Source of the DNA: Calditrichia bacterium
GTDB lineage: Bacteria; Calditrichota; Calditrichia; JAJRVZ01
DNA length: 64,000 nt
Direction: 5' to 3'
Assembly (NCBI GenBank): GCA_963777955.1
Contig: CAVZSQ010000001.1
Coordinates: 122,675 to 186,674, forward strand
Below the pieces are notes generated by a model. That model made no database searches and was not told the origin of the DNA. It worked only from the letters and a program-made list of their open reading frames with translations. Below, in pieces: positions 1 to 11,085 of this stretch (positions are counted from its first letter, which is position 1; each line of letters starts with the position of its first letter). A program made the position numbers and the translations under genes.

Positions 1-694
1 GATATCTTCAACCTGGACGATTGGATTGCCGGTCAGGGTTGAATAGAACAATTCTGCCATAAGGGCCAAACCGACTGCATTGGGATGAATTCCATCGGGA
101 ATAAGGTCGGAATGAGTTGACATGTAAGTATAAAAATCTATTACCGGACAACCTTTGTCCGCGGCAACCTGTTGAATCATGGGAATAATGTCGGTGACAA
201 TGATCGAATCATTAATATCGTAAGCCGAACTGAAAGCAGGCGGTGGAAGACATAACCATACTACCGGATTGCTGGATAATGTCCGGAAGGTATCGACCAT
301 CGCCTTGTAATCATTGACGAATTCACCCTTATGATCGTCCCAGTTAAAGTACTTGCTGTCATTGGTGCCCAGCATAATAGTCACAATGTTCGGATTAAAA
401 TTAAGAGCGTCCTTAAAAAGTTGTTCATTCCAGATGGGAAAATCGCCATTACGTAACATGGTACGTCCCGATACACCACAATTTTTCACCGACCAGCCAT
501 CCCCCAGGAACTTGCCAAGTTGTGCAGGATAACCATATATCGCAGGATCACCAGCTGCCGAACCTTCGGTGATACTGTTACCCACACAGGTCTACCCGGA
601 TTATATCGGTTTGGGCCTGCACGGGCATCGTTATCATGCTACTAATTATTAAAAACAGTGAGCAGGTTAAAAGGACAAAGATTCGCTTTGACAT
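1..694 (-). CDS. SGNH/GDSL hydrolase (sialate O-acetylesterase-like), secreted; runs off the left edge; frameshift near 590
   Basis: Manual translation: MSKRIFVLL signal peptide, then CVGNSITEG, GVSGRT, MLGTNDSK and DGIHPN (SGNH blocks); purine-rich RBS upstream of 694. Confidence 0.8.
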
Positions 695-910
695 TTTTGT
701 CTTCCTTTCCGGGTATTAAATTTGATCATATAATTAATAGGTATTAAAAGTATTTTGTCATCGATTGATTAAATGCTTTTTAAAATACATATTCCCGGGT
801 AAATGATCAATAACTTCTTCACTGAGCTTGGTCTTTCCAATCTTCTATAATTATCATACAGACCGCTTCTTTAACTGCTTCAAAAAATTGATTTGGTATT
901 CCTTTCCGGG

Positions 911-1726
911 TCAGCCTGTTTTCAATCCTTCGGCCCAGGAAACAGCGTACCACAAGGAAGCATCTGGTTTTTGCCGCCAGGTACCGAAGAAGTTTACAAT
1001 CCGGTCAAATTTTGGTGCTTCAAACAAGTTTTGCTCCAAAATTTTTGCCCGGGCCCCGCTGATAACTGCAACCAGGTTATCGACATAGACATTAAAATTC
1101 TCAGCGCCGCTGCAACTGCCAAAAAATATCCAGCTATTACGGGTGGGTGCAGCGCCTGCCTGGTACAGCAGAGTGACGAGTTTTTTACCTATGATAGGAT
1201 CATTGCCGCTGTTGATATAGGTCCGCATGTAGACTTTCCATAAAGCAGCGAGTCCGGGAATAACCGGATGCACACGCAGGATTTCATGATCATCATCAGC
1301 CAGGACAATACGGCCCCCTTTTTTAACGGCAATTACCATCTGCTTCACTACATTCAGGGGATCGGGAACATGTTCCAGCAGAAAACGGGTAAAGACAACA
1401 TCGAATGTGCCCCATTCCTGCTCCCGAAGCGGCAAATGCCGGGCATCACCCTGGCGGAATTCGATCAGTTTATCTTCTGATGATTTCCTGGCCTGCTGCA
1501 GTGCTTCATTAATTTGTTCCTTGCTTCTTTCTATGCCGAGTACCACCGTTCCGGCTTCTTTAGCCATAGCCCGCGAGAACTGACCAAGACCGCTGCCCAC
1601 ATCGAGGATCTTTTCTCCGCCTTGTAAAGATAACTCTTTTAAACAGGCCTGATTGAGCAGAATAGTATTTAACAAGGTCAGACGCTGCTGTTCTTCAGAA
1701 CTGGTTCCGTGAATGTAATGTGACAT
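911..1726 (-). CDS. Class I SAM-dependent methyltransferase
   Basis: ILDVGSGLG motif I, FRQGDA, FDVVFTRFLLEHV, KKGGRIVL. Confidence 0.9.
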   Translation of the reverse strand: MSHYIHGTSSEEQQRLTLLNTILLNQACLKELSLQGGEKILDVGSGLGQFSRAMAKEAGTVVLGIERSKEQINEALQQARKSSEDKLIEFRQGDARHLPLREQEWGTFDVVFTRFLLEHVPDPLNVVKQMVIAVKKGGRIVLADDDHEILRVHPVIPGLAALWKVYMRTYINSGNDPIIGKKLVTLLYQAGAAPTRNSWIFFGSCSGAENFNVYVDNLVAVISGARAKILEQNLFEAPKFDRIVNFFGTWRQKPDASLWYAVSWAEGLKTG

Positions 1727-1758
1727 TTATGTTACCTGTGTTAGTTTACTGTTTTAAT

Positions 1759-2430
1759 TCAGTCTTTTTGTTTTCCTGGTAATAGAAAGGAAGTTTTATC
1801 TTTGTAGGCCAAATAGGATGCGCCGAAGCGGAACTCCAATTCACGTTCTTCATAAACTTTGAGAAAGAAAATCAAGGCCGGTGCAATCAGCAAGACAACC
1901 CAAATTATATAAACAAGAGACTGGAAATATATACCTGCCGAAACCAGCGCTGCTAATGTACATAAAACCATTGGATTTCTGGTGTAAGAATACATCCAGC
2001 GATTGGCCAGACGCCTGCTTAAAGCGATGGCAAAAGGTGCCCCGAATCCACTGATGGCAAGATTTAATACAGTCAAAGCCAGAAAAAATCCGGTTATGTA
2101 TAGTAAAGTAAGTCCGATCCCAAGCGGTAGCGGTATGAGTTTATCTGACCATACTGAAAAAAGTTTGACCGAGGCGATGATAGAAGCACCGAAGAGAATC
2201 ATCAGCACCATGTGCAGAATGCTTGTTGTCCAGGCAAAACGGTCAGGGGCAGGTTTCCGGTCAACTATTTTCCTTGCGGCCCAGACAACAGGAAAAACCA
2301 ATGTAATCGGAATAATCAAGATGAGTGATGTACCAAAACGATTGAAATCATGAGATTGAACTATTCGCCAAACAGCCAGTGTGAAGAAAAAACCAATAAA
2401 ACGAAAAATATTAAGCAGGGCAGTTTTCAT
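1759..2430 (-). CDS. Isoprenylcysteine carboxyl methyltransferase/PEMT-family membrane protein
   Basis: Multiple TM segments; YSYTRNPM and EERELEFRFGASYLAY motifs. Confidence 0.8.
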   Translation of the reverse strand: MKTALLNIFRFIGFFFTLAVWRIVQSHDFNRFGTSLILIIPITLVFPVVWAARKIVDRKPAPDRFAWTTSILHMVLMILFGASIIASVKLFSVWSDKLIPLPLGIGLTLLYITGFFLALTVLNLAISGFGAPFAIALSRRLANRWMYSYTRNPMVLCTLAALVSAGIYFQSLVYIIWVVLLIAPALIFFLKVYEERELEFRFGASYLAYKDKTSFLLPGKQKD

Positions 2431-2553
2431 ATTTCCTTTCCTGTACTTAAATTCCGGTTTGCAATATTAATATACCACATACTCTGGAATATCGCAGCTG
2501 ATCCATTTGTTTTATTAAATTAAATATATGTTAATTTTGGTGATGACGACTGA

Positions 2554-3804
2554 ATGAACTCAACAGGCAGCGCACAAGATCAAAAATCTAATCAAATTAT
2601 GTATCTTATCTGGTTCACGATCGTATTTTTGGTTTTAAGTCTCGGCTATGCTTATCTAGGCTGGCGACTTATCGTCCCGATAAGACTCGGATCGCCATGG
2701 AATATACTGATCTGGACCGGCCTGGCTGTTTTATTGATACTTCCGCTGCTGTCGACATTGCTGATACGCCATTACGAAAAAATGACCGATCCATTGTCCT
2801 GGATTGCCTATGTGGGACTGGGGTTTATTTCTTTCATCATCACTCTATTGCTGGCCCGTGATATTTTCTGGCTGCTATGGTCGGGACTGGAAAAAGGATA
2901 CACCCTGGTACATAATCTTTTTTCTGCGACTTCGGTTGAATCACCCTCGGATCCAGCGCGGAGAGATTTCCTGCTGCAAATGACCAATCTGGCTGTAGTC
3001 GGTATTTCTGCCACACTTACAGCCTACGGTATTTTTGAAGCACGGCGAAAACCGGGGATTGTCAGGATCACTGTACCTATCCATGGACTTGACCACAATT
3101 TACATGGATACAGGATTGTACAGATCACCGACCTTCATGCCGGTTTGACCGTCAGGCGGAACTGGATTGAAACAATCGTCGCCGAGGTGCAGACCTTACG
3201 GCCTGATCTGATCGCCTTTACCGGTGATTTGGCTGATGGCACTGTTGCGCATCTCTCGGCTGATGTTGCACCCTTCGGAAAATTACAGGCCGCCGGCGGA
3301 AAATATTTTGTCACCGGCAACCATGAATACTTTACCGCTGTAAGGCCCTGGCTCGAGGAGATAAAACACCTGGGATTTGATGTACTTATTAATGAACACC
3401 GGGTGATCAGGCATAACGGTTGCTCATTTGTGTTAGCTGGTGTAACGGATTCCATTGCTGAACATTTCCTGCCAGAGCATAAACCTGATCTGGAGGCTTC
3501 GCTCCGCGGTGTTCCGGCAGCGACTGTTCGAATTCTGCTGGCGCACCAGCCGCATACGCTGTACCAGGCAAATAAACTGGGATTTGATCTGGTCATCAGC
3601 GGGCATACGCACGGTGGACAGTTCTTCCCCTGGAATTTTGCTGCCGCGATCGGTCAACCGTATATATCGGGATTGCACTGTTATAACGGGACCTGGATCT
3701 ATGTAAGCAAAGGAACAGGTTACTGGGGACCGCCGGTCCGTGTAGGTGCCCGTTCCGAAATCACGGTTATCACACTGGAACAAGGAATTGAACAAAAAAC
3801 ATGA
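2554..3804 (+). CDS. Membrane-anchored metallophosphoesterase (YkuE-like); true start possibly 2599
   Basis: TDLH, FTGDLADG, TGNHEY, LLAHQP and SGHTHGGQ calcineurin-like motifs after N-terminal TMs. Confidence 0.9.
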   Translation: MNSTGSAQDQKSNQIMYLIWFTIVFLVLSLGYAYLGWRLIVPIRLGSPWNILIWTGLAVLLILPLLSTLLIRHYEKMTDPLSWIAYVGLGFISFIITLLLARDIFWLLWSGLEKGYTLVHNLFSATSVESPSDPARRDFLLQMTNLAVVGISATLTAYGIFEARRKPGIVRITVPIHGLDHNLHGYRIVQITDLHAGLTVRRNWIETIVAEVQTLRPDLIAFTGDLADGTVAHLSADVAPFGKLQAAGGKYFVTGNHEYFTAVRPWLEEIKHLGFDVLINEHRVIRHNGCSFVLAGVTDSIAEHFLPEHKPDLEASLRGVPAATVRILLAHQPHTLYQANKLGFDLVISGHTHGGQFFPWNFAAAIGQPYISGLHCYNGTWIYVSKGTGYWGPPVRVGARSEITVITLEQGIEQKT

Positions 3805-3817
3805 AAGGAAAATAATT

Positions 3818-4508
3818 ATGTCTAAGAATATAGGGATACTCGGAACCGGCGTAGTGGCTCAAGCCATTGCCGGCAAATTGAACGAACTGGGGTACTCAAT
3901 CACCATCGGTACCCGCGATGTAGCCAAAACACTGGCATTTACGGAACGCAATCAGTATGGTGGTCCACCTTTCGCTGAATGGCATCAGCAGTACAAGATG
4001 ATAAAACTGGGTACCTTTTCAGACGCAGCTCAATTCGGTGATATTATTTTTAATTGTATAAAAGGGGATGCTGCGTTGGAAGCATTAAAACTGCTGGGAA
4101 CAGATACGGTTCAGAAATAAAACAATCATCGATATTTCTAATCCACTGGACTTTTCCAAGGGGATGCCTCCATCGCTGGTACCTGAATGGACTAACACCA
4201 ATTCCCTGGGTGAGGAAATACAGGCGTTATTGCCTGGTGCCAATGTGGTCAAGACGTTGAATATCGTTAATTGTGAGGTCATGGTAGACGCAAAAAAATC
4301 GGGGGGTGATCCGACCATGTTCATCGCCGGCAACAACGCTCAGGCCAAGGAGGAAGTTAAAAAACTCCTGCGGCAGTTCGGCTGGAACGATATCATCGAT
4401 CTGGGCGATATCAGCGGCGCCCGCGGTATGGAGATGTTGCTGCCGATCTGGCTGAGAGTCTGGGGTGCTACCAGGAACGGGCATTTTGGATTTAAAATTG
4501 TACGATAA
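3818..4508 (+). CDS. NADPH-dependent F420 reductase-like NADP oxidoreductase; frameshift near 4110
   Basis: IGILGTGVV Rossmann motif; second frame gives IIDISNPLDFS, SLGEEIQ, VVKTLN, IDLGDISGARGME. Confidence 0.85.
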
Positions 4509-4534
4509 TCCTTGATTTAATAATAGAATAAATT

Positions 4535-4559
4535 CCCGCTGTAATTTCCCGGCAGCGGG
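4535..4559. terminator. Probable terminator hairpin between convergent genes
   Basis: CCCGCTG (4535-4541) pairs with CAGCGGG (4553-4559), between the stops at 4508 (+) and 4571 (-). Confidence 0.5.
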
Positions 4560-4570
4560 CTTTAGAACGA

Positions 4571-7363
4571 TTACCTGATCAGGATCAATTTTTTTACCAG
4601 TAATTTTTGACCCGCTTCCAGACGGCAGATATATATTCCACTGGCAAATCCGCTGGCATTCCAGGTAGTCTTATAATCTCCGCGTGATAAAGGCTGCTCA
4701 AGGAGAGTGGCTACCAATTCACCAAGAATATTAAAAATCTGAATCCGCACCTGTGAATGCTGCGCAATTGAGAATTCAATGGTCGTAAGCGGATTGAATG
4801 GATTGGGATAGTTTTGATACAAATAAAATTTGTTCAGGCTGACAGTTTGGTCTTCAATAGCGGTACCCTGGGAGAATTGCAGCCAGTTTAATTGGAAGCC
4901 TCCCTGCACAGCCTGCATTCTCAGTATTTGATCTCCTGCGGAAAGTTGAACGGTGCTTGATACGGTTTCCCAGGTATTAAATGATCCGGTGACCGGTAAT
5001 GTTAAGATTGATATGGCAGCGCCGCTGATCCATAATTGAATCTGGCCCGTATCGGCAGCACTTGATACACGGTATTCCACTGTATATAAACCGGATTGAG
5101 TGACGTTTACATAATAATCGGCCCAATCCCCGTCATTGATACTGGACAATGATTTTCCAGCCCCAATATCAGAACAGATCTTTGTCGAAATACCCGTCTG
5201 GTAATAATACATCTCTGCTTCGATTTTATTCGGGATGAAATGAATATATTTATAATCATGCAATAGGTTGTAAACAGGAAAATTTTCAAACGCACCTAAC
5301 TGACCTCCATCATAAGCCTGGACATTACCCGGAGTATAGGAGATGGTATAATTTGCTGTTCTCTGCAGGCTATCCTGCAGGGTCAGAACAATGGTGGTAG
5401 AATCGTCGGTATTAAGATTCAGAGCGGTAATAGTGAGTGGAGTCTCGTCGTTAAGCATTACCGAAAATCCTGCCGGGAAACCAGCCGGGCCGCTCATCTT
5501 TTTATTAAAAGATATTTCGATATCCTGGCCAAATATAGACGTGCTGGCTGAATACACCTCGGGAGGAGAGCCTGACGGAGAATCATCCAGTGATGTGAGT
5601 CCATAACCATAAGCAAAAAGGGGATCATACGAGGTATCTCCGATATTGATCGGGATTTGCGTAAGGTTGCGAGGCCAGGTTTGAGATAAAAGTCCGCTCG
5701 GTTGATAATCACCGAAAAGCACATCGCTGATTCCCTGACCTTCACTGCCTGGCAGCCAGGCTGCGATGAGTGCATCGCACTGATGAAGCAAAGGGTTAAT
5801 AATCATTGGACGCCCGGATACCAGAATAACGATAACAGGTATACCGCAACTCTTTATATTGCGGACACACTCTATATCAATTAAGTCGAGATTTAGCCTG
5901 CCATCACCCGCAACTTCGGCATAAGGCAATTCCCCGATGACCGCAATCCCGATATCGGCACCAGCCGCACCATACCCATTTTCCGAATAGGTGATCTCTG
6001 CTTCAGGGGCTGCCTGTTGGATTGCTTCCATGATGGTTGTGCCGATGGTAATATCACCGCTTGAACCCTGCCAGGTGATAGTCCATCCACCGCACTGGTA
6101 ACCCAAATTGTCGGCATGTCGCCCGGACATATGGATGCGCTTAATATCTTTAGGAACAGGTAAAACCCCATCTTTCTTTTTTAAGACGACCAGGGATTGT
6201 CGTACGCATTCACGGGCGACTGCACGATGTTCTGCGGAACCTACCTGATCCAATAAAGATCTCTGTGCATAAGGATGTTCGAAAAGACCCATGCGGAATT
6301 TTTGGATCAGAATTCTTTTCACCGCATCATCTATGCGGGCCTGGGAGATAATCTCCTGGTTGACCAGGGTGCGCAGAGTATCGACAAAAGTGCGGTAGGT
6401 ATAATTTCCGTAGATAGACACCATGGCCATATCCAGACCAGCATTGATCGATTTGCTAATGGTAGCTCGATAGGTACCACCGGCCAGTAAAAAACTATTA
6501 TAGTCGGAGATAACCAGACCTTCAAAACCGAGTTCTTCCTTTAAGAGTGTGGTTAGTAAATAGTAATGGCCATGACAAGGGGCTCCATTCCATGTACTCT
6601 GCGATACCATGATAGAACCGACCTTCTGTTCTATCGCGGCCAGATATCCCGGCAGATGGATCGCGCGCAGCGTCTGTTCATCACACTGGGTATCTCCGGC
6701 ATTAGTCCCGCCAGTCGTTCCTCCGTCCCCAAGGTAATGCTTGGCACAGGCCAGAATATCCATCTTCGCGGATAGGGTATCGCCCTGAAAACCAGGTACA
6801 ACAGCCGCCGCCATCTCTGCCACCAGGTCGGGATTTTCTGCATACGATTCGTAGGTTCGGCCCCAGTTTTCATTTCTGGCCACGGCAACCACAGGGCCAA
6901 GAACCCAGTCCATCCCGGTGGCCGCCATCTCTTGGGCCGTAACTTGTGCAGCCTGTGCGACCAGTTGCGGATTTCGGGTACAACCCATACCAATATTATG
7001 AGGGAAGACCGTTGCACCATAGACCGCCCCGATTCCATGAATTGCATCAAGGGAAAAAAGAAGGGGAATACCAAGGCGGGTCTGCATGGCATAGGATTGA
7101 AACTGGTCATAGAGATCAGCCCATTCTTGCGCTGTTTTATCGCCAGGACCGTCATTGGCTGCAGCTAACAGCGAACCAAGACCATAGGACTGTATATCCC
7201 CTGCTGCACTCAGAACTGGATACTCCACCTGAACCATCTGACCAATTTTTTCATCCAGGGTCATCCTGCCCAGCAGATCGGCAACCCTTGCTTCGACCGT
7301 AGCTGTAGAATCCAGATAGATCTGTGCTATACCTGCATTAAATAATAGCATAATGATTAGCAT
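4571..7363 (-). CDS. Secreted GH3 beta-glucosidase with CBM6-like module and C-terminal sorting (T9SS/Por-like) domain
   Basis: MTLDEKIGQM, DAIHG, WGRTYESY, CAKHYLGDGG, VISDY (GH3); IEAE..GDWADY..LNWLQF (CBM6-like); QNYPNPFNP tail. Start may lie at 7418 with a frameshift. Confidence 0.92.
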   Translation of the reverse strand: MLIIMLLFNAGIAQIYLDSTATVEARVADLLGRMTLDEKIGQMVQVEYPVLSAAGDIQSYGLGSLLAAANDGPGDKTAQEWADLYDQFQSYAMQTRLGIPLLFSLDAIHGIGAVYGATVFPHNIGMGCTRNPQLVAQAAQVTAQEMAATGMDWVLGPVVAVARNENWGRTYESYAENPDLVAEMAAAVVPGFQGDTLSAKMDILACAKHYLGDGGTTGGTNAGDTQCDEQTLRAIHLPGYLAAIEQKVGSIMVSQSTWNGAPCHGHYYLLTTLLKEELGFEGLVISDYNSFLLAGGTYRATISKSINAGLDMAMVSIYGNYTYRTFVDTLRTLVNQEIISQARIDDAVKRILIQKFRMGLFEHPYAQRSLLDQVGSAEHRAVARECVRQSLVVLKKKDGVLPVPKDIKRIHMSGRHADNLGYQCGGWTITWQGSSGDITIGTTIMEAIQQAAPEAEITYSENGYGAAGADIGIAVIGELPYAEVAGDGRLNLDLIDIECVRNIKSCGIPVIVILVSGRPMIINPLLHQCDALIAAWLPGSEGQGISDVLFGDYQPSGLLSQTWPRNLTQIPINIGDTSYDPLFAYGYGLTSLDDSPSGSPPEVYSASTSIFGQDIEISFNKKMSGPAGFPAGFSVMLNDETPLTITALNLNTDDSTTIVLTLQDSLQRTANYTISYTPGNVQAYDGGQLGAFENFPVYNLLHDYKYIHFIPNKIEAEMYYYQTGISTKICSDIGAGKSLSSINDGDWADYYVNVTQSGLYTVEYRVSSAADTGQIQLWISGAAISILTLPVTGSFNTWETVSSTVQLSAGDQILRMQAVQGGFQLNWLQFSQGTAIEDQTVSLNKFYLYQNYPNPFNPLTTIEFSIAQHSQVRIQIFNILGELVATLLEQPLSRGDYKTTWNASGFASGIYICRLEAGQKLLVKKLILIR

Positions 7364-7454
7364 GATTGCCAGGAGATAATGTGATTTTACCTTTTGATAT
7401 TACCATTTTTTGATTCATGCCTGATTACTCCTGTTGACGGAATAATTTTATATT

Positions 7455-7483
7455 GCAGGGGCGAATAATTATTCGCCCGTAAC
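7455..7483. repeat. REP-like palindrome, copy 1
   Basis: Perfect 20-bp palindrome GGGCGAATAATTATTCGCCC (7459-7478) within GCAGGGGCG...CGCCCGTAAC. Confidence 0.7.
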
Positions 7484-7571
7484 TGAATTACGAATTTATT
7501 CTTGTCAAATTATTGCAGATACAGAGGCAATTTATAAACTGCTTACCAGTCTGTATATTAATTCAAATTTC

Positions 7572-7599
7572 GCAGGGGCGATTCATGAATCGCCCCTAC
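7572..7599. repeat. REP-like palindrome, copy 2 (GTAG type)
   Basis: Minus strand reads GTAGGGGCGATTCATGAATCGCCCCTGC; perfect 24-bp palindrome at 7574-7597. Confidence 0.8.
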
Positions 7600-7613
7600 C
7601 GAAACCGGTTGTT

Positions 7614-9595
7614 TTATTTTAACACGATCATTTTTTTAGATTCATTGTATGAGCCGGCAATCAATCTGTAAAAATAGACACCACTGGGCAGATCGTTGGC
7701 ATTAAATTGAATCTGATAAGCACCAGCCGCCTTAAACTCGTTAACCAGGGTGGCGATTTCACGTCCCAGGTCATCATAAATCTTAAGTGAAATCAATCCG
7801 GGCTCTGATATCTCATAACTGATGGTCGTGACCGGATTGAAGGGATTGGGATAATTCTGCTGCAGGACAAAATCAGATACGGCGATTTCCCCGGACGGCA
7901 GGGAAGTCGGGATGCCGTGCACCTGCAAAAGTTCGATACCCTCGCCATTCTGCAGATTGCGGGTATATTGTTTAGCGGTAGAGTTATTCCAGTGCTCGTG
8001 TACACCCAGACTCTGCAGAGCAACAACATCCCCCTCGGGATCATAGGTGGTTCCGGAAGGTGGAGCACCGGCCTGTGATCCCTCATGCAGATAATTATCA
8101 ACGGCGCCATAGACATAAATCATATTAGCATTGACTGCCTGTTCGGTACGGTAGAAATCAAGTCCGACCGACTCAATGGCGATATTATCCTGAGAAAGAA
8201 ATATACTGGAAGTCCAGTCGTTGTTAAAAGGTGCAGATTGCCATTTACTGGCACTTGATACCGCAGCCTGTTCGGATTCCACACCGTACAAGCCATCGAT
8301 CATAAACAATACCGTTTTGCGTCCGACGTCTTTGTGTCCCATCAGATCAACCAGCGTATTATAGGTACCCATCGGTCTGCCGTAGAAACTCCACTCAGGG
8401 CCTGCAGAGATATCATGGACAGCAGTATAATAATGTAATCCTGCAGCATGGGGGGCATTTGTAGAAGGCTGGCCCTGCGGATCATTAGCACTAATCGTAC
8501 CAAAATGGTTTTTAGAGCAAAAAGTTACCCCCATATATCGATGCGCCTTGAAATTAGCCAGACTGATGATGTAGGTAGCCTGGGTTACCGCGGTAGGTAA
8601 GTATGCTGTTTGTCCGCCGTTTACCTCTTCGGTAAGTTCTTCACTCCAGTGAATATAAGTTGTATCGCGTACATATTGCTCCCGGCCGTTTTGTGTGCTC
8701 CAGCCCATGAAATGCACACCGGGAAATTCAGTTTTACACCGGGTATAAATGGCATCCGGAACTATAACGGTTAGAATCGTAAAAAGTAATATCGGCAGCC
8801 GATACACCTGCCTGGTTCACTAATTGCCGGAGCAAGGCAAGTACTGCATGCGGAGAAGGGAACGATTTATTGCCGGGATTAGCTGGTTGTACTGACCTGA
8901 TTTAAATTTATCTTGATGGCTATCTTTTCACCGGATGTATAACCGACAGAGCCCCGGCCATGCTGTTCATTGAAATATTTGAACAGTGCAGCCCAGGCTC
9001 CGGCATCCGTAATTTCACCGGTTAAAGCAAGCAAGGATTTTGATAACATTGAATCTACTGTGGCCTGGTTGTTATAGGCGTCGCTCCACCAATAGTTTGA
9101 ACTTCCATCCCAGCTGGTGGCGTTAGCATCCCACATCCAGGTAACCCGTCCCGGGAATATGCCTTTGGCTGTACCCATCGGGCTATTTGCGGGTTCCGTT
9201 GGCACGAATAGAGAATCACCCATAACGGAATAAGCATATGATTCAGTGCCTGTATTAAGGGTGGTGAATAGGGCTGCGGTTATACCAACCAGCAGCAGAA
9301 TCATGGCAGGAATATAGTGGGATTTGCGTAGATAATGCCCGGCTTTTTTAAAGGAAAACAGCGTGACCGCCAGTCCGGCTATGTAGACTAGAAAACCACC
9401 GGCCAGAGGGGTTGCCACCTGCATACAGGGATATTGAGCGCGGCTTGGTTTGGGCAGGACGCGTACCAGTACCCAGATCAGCGCTGCCAGTCCGGTTAAC
9501 AGGAACAACAACCGGAAAAATTTATTGTTGTTAAAATGATGTTGATATTTGGAGATCCAGTGGTGGTGCTGATGCGAAGAAGTAAATAATTTCAT
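7614..9595 (-). CDS. DUF362-like protein with N-terminal TM segments and C-terminal sorting domain; frameshifted near 8790-8880
   Basis: GIFPGRVTW, KIAIKINLN, ANFKAH..GVTFCSKNHFG, LFMIDGLYG, DNIAIESVGLD; QNYPNPFNP tail. Confidence 0.75.
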
Positions 9596-9630
9596 GTATT
9601 AATCCTTTCTGTATATAGATTATATGAGTG

Positions 9631-10365
9631 TCAGGCTATTCCCGTGCGCAGCCATCTGGCCCAGTCGGGGCGGTTATTTTTTTCTGCCGTTCTGGCGGCT
9701 GTTTCAAAATCATACGGAACGGCAATATGTTCAAACGTATAATTCCGCTTCAGATCCAGAACACAATATCTGGCCCTGGGTGAAAAACTCTCCATGCGGT
9801 GCGGTAGCGGCTGGTCGTCACTGTAAGCCGGTAAGCCCACACTGCCCGGATTTATTAATATTTTATCGGGCAGTTCCACCAGTCTGGGACAATGACTGTG
9901 TCCGCAGACAATTATTTCTTCTTTAATGTTTTTAATATAAGAAAATAATGAATCAAAATCTTTAATTCCTACATGTCCGGGCCAGAGTCGTTCAATCAGG
10001 TATTCATCATCCTTCTCCGGCGTGCCATGACATAAAAATACTTTATTGGCAACGGACCGGGTTGATTCTAAATCGGCAAGCCAGTTTATTGCCCCCTGAT
10101 CGAGCACCTGTAAAGTGTATTTTAAAGTTGGATTTGCCGCTTCATTCCCTGACGAAACTATAATGTCTCTGTCCTGATTTCCGCGGATACTTTTGATGTT
10201 CTCTCTGCGGAGTAATTCAAATGTTCCCTGCGGATCAAGCGGCCCGTATAAACTGTCGCCTAGGTCGAATACACCGGTTATACCTTTTCTGGTGATGTCG
10301 GACAGGACTGCTTTCAAGGCCCAGGAGTTACCATGAATATCTGAAATAAATGCTATTTTCATCAA
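9631..10365 (-). CDS. Metallophosphoesterase (YfcE/MJ0936-like)
   Basis: ISDIHGN, LGDSLYG, RGNQD, CHGTP, CGHSH, INPGSVG. Confidence 0.9.
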   Translation of the reverse strand: MMKIAFISDIHGNSWALKAVLSDITRKGITGVFDLGDSLYGPLDPQGTFELLRRENIKSIRGNQDRDIIVSSGNEAANPTLKYTLQVLDQGAINWLADLESTRSVANKVFLCHGTPEKDDEYLIERLWPGHVGIKDFDSLFSYIKNIKEEIIVCGHSHCPRLVELPDKILINPGSVGLPAYSDDQPLPHRMESFSPRARYCVLDLKRNYTFEHIAVPYDFETAARTAEKNNRPDWARWLRTGIA

Positions 10366-10572
10366 GATCGGCTTTTGATTTAATGATTAAATAGGCGGAA
10401 CTCAGTCTCTGATAATAAATAAAAATAGTAATCAGTCATTAAATAGAATAATCGAAGGGAAATTGAAAATCAGCAATTATTTTTATTAAAATAGTCCTAA
10501 GGCAGTAACATGATGGCATATTCCAGTTGTTTCATAATATGTTTTGCGGTGTTTACCGGGTAAAAATAATTA

Positions 10573-11043
10573 TCAGGATTGATGAGATTGAATGACCTTC
10601 CACTGATCATTGAGCCGGGCATAGACAAACGACCAGAGAAATCTGGCATTAAATGTCTTGCCGTCAGCGGCATCCACCCTGGCTTCGCCGCAGGCAGTCA
10701 GTAGTGCCAGCGAACCGGAAAGTACCGTTATTTTTTTCTTTTGTAATGATATAGTCTGCCGGAGTACACCCTGAGCTCTGCTGGTAAAATTGTTCATTAA
10801 TGAATCAAATTGAGCATAATATGCACCGTTCGTTATAAATCCCGCCTGATAACGGTCATCGACTCCCTGCTGTAGTTTTTGGGCATCCAGAGTTTCGGCT
10901 GCTTTTACCATTATAGTGAAAACAGAATCGATCTCCTGCTCAATTCTTGATACCTGTTTGCCGGCCAGGTTTTGGGTGGAGGAACAGTCAATTAAAAAAC
11001 AGATAATGAAACCAGTGATTAAAATAAATACAAATATTTTCAT
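10573..11043 (-). CDS. NTF2/SnoaL-like (DUF4440) exported protein
   Basis: Signal/lipoprotein N-terminus; C-terminal SFVYARLNDQWKVIQSHQS typical of NTF2-like folds. Confidence 0.7.
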   Translation of the reverse strand: MKIFVFILITGFIICFLIDCSSTQNLAGKQVSRIEQEIDSVFTIMVKAAETLDAQKLQQGVDDRYQAGFITNGAYYAQFDSLMNNFTSRAQGVLRQTISLQKKKITVLSGSLALLTACGEARVDAADGKTFNARFLWSFVYARLNDQWKVIQSHQS

Positions 11044-11085
11044 CTTGATATCCTTTATTAAATGATTTTACCGTAGTTATTAACC

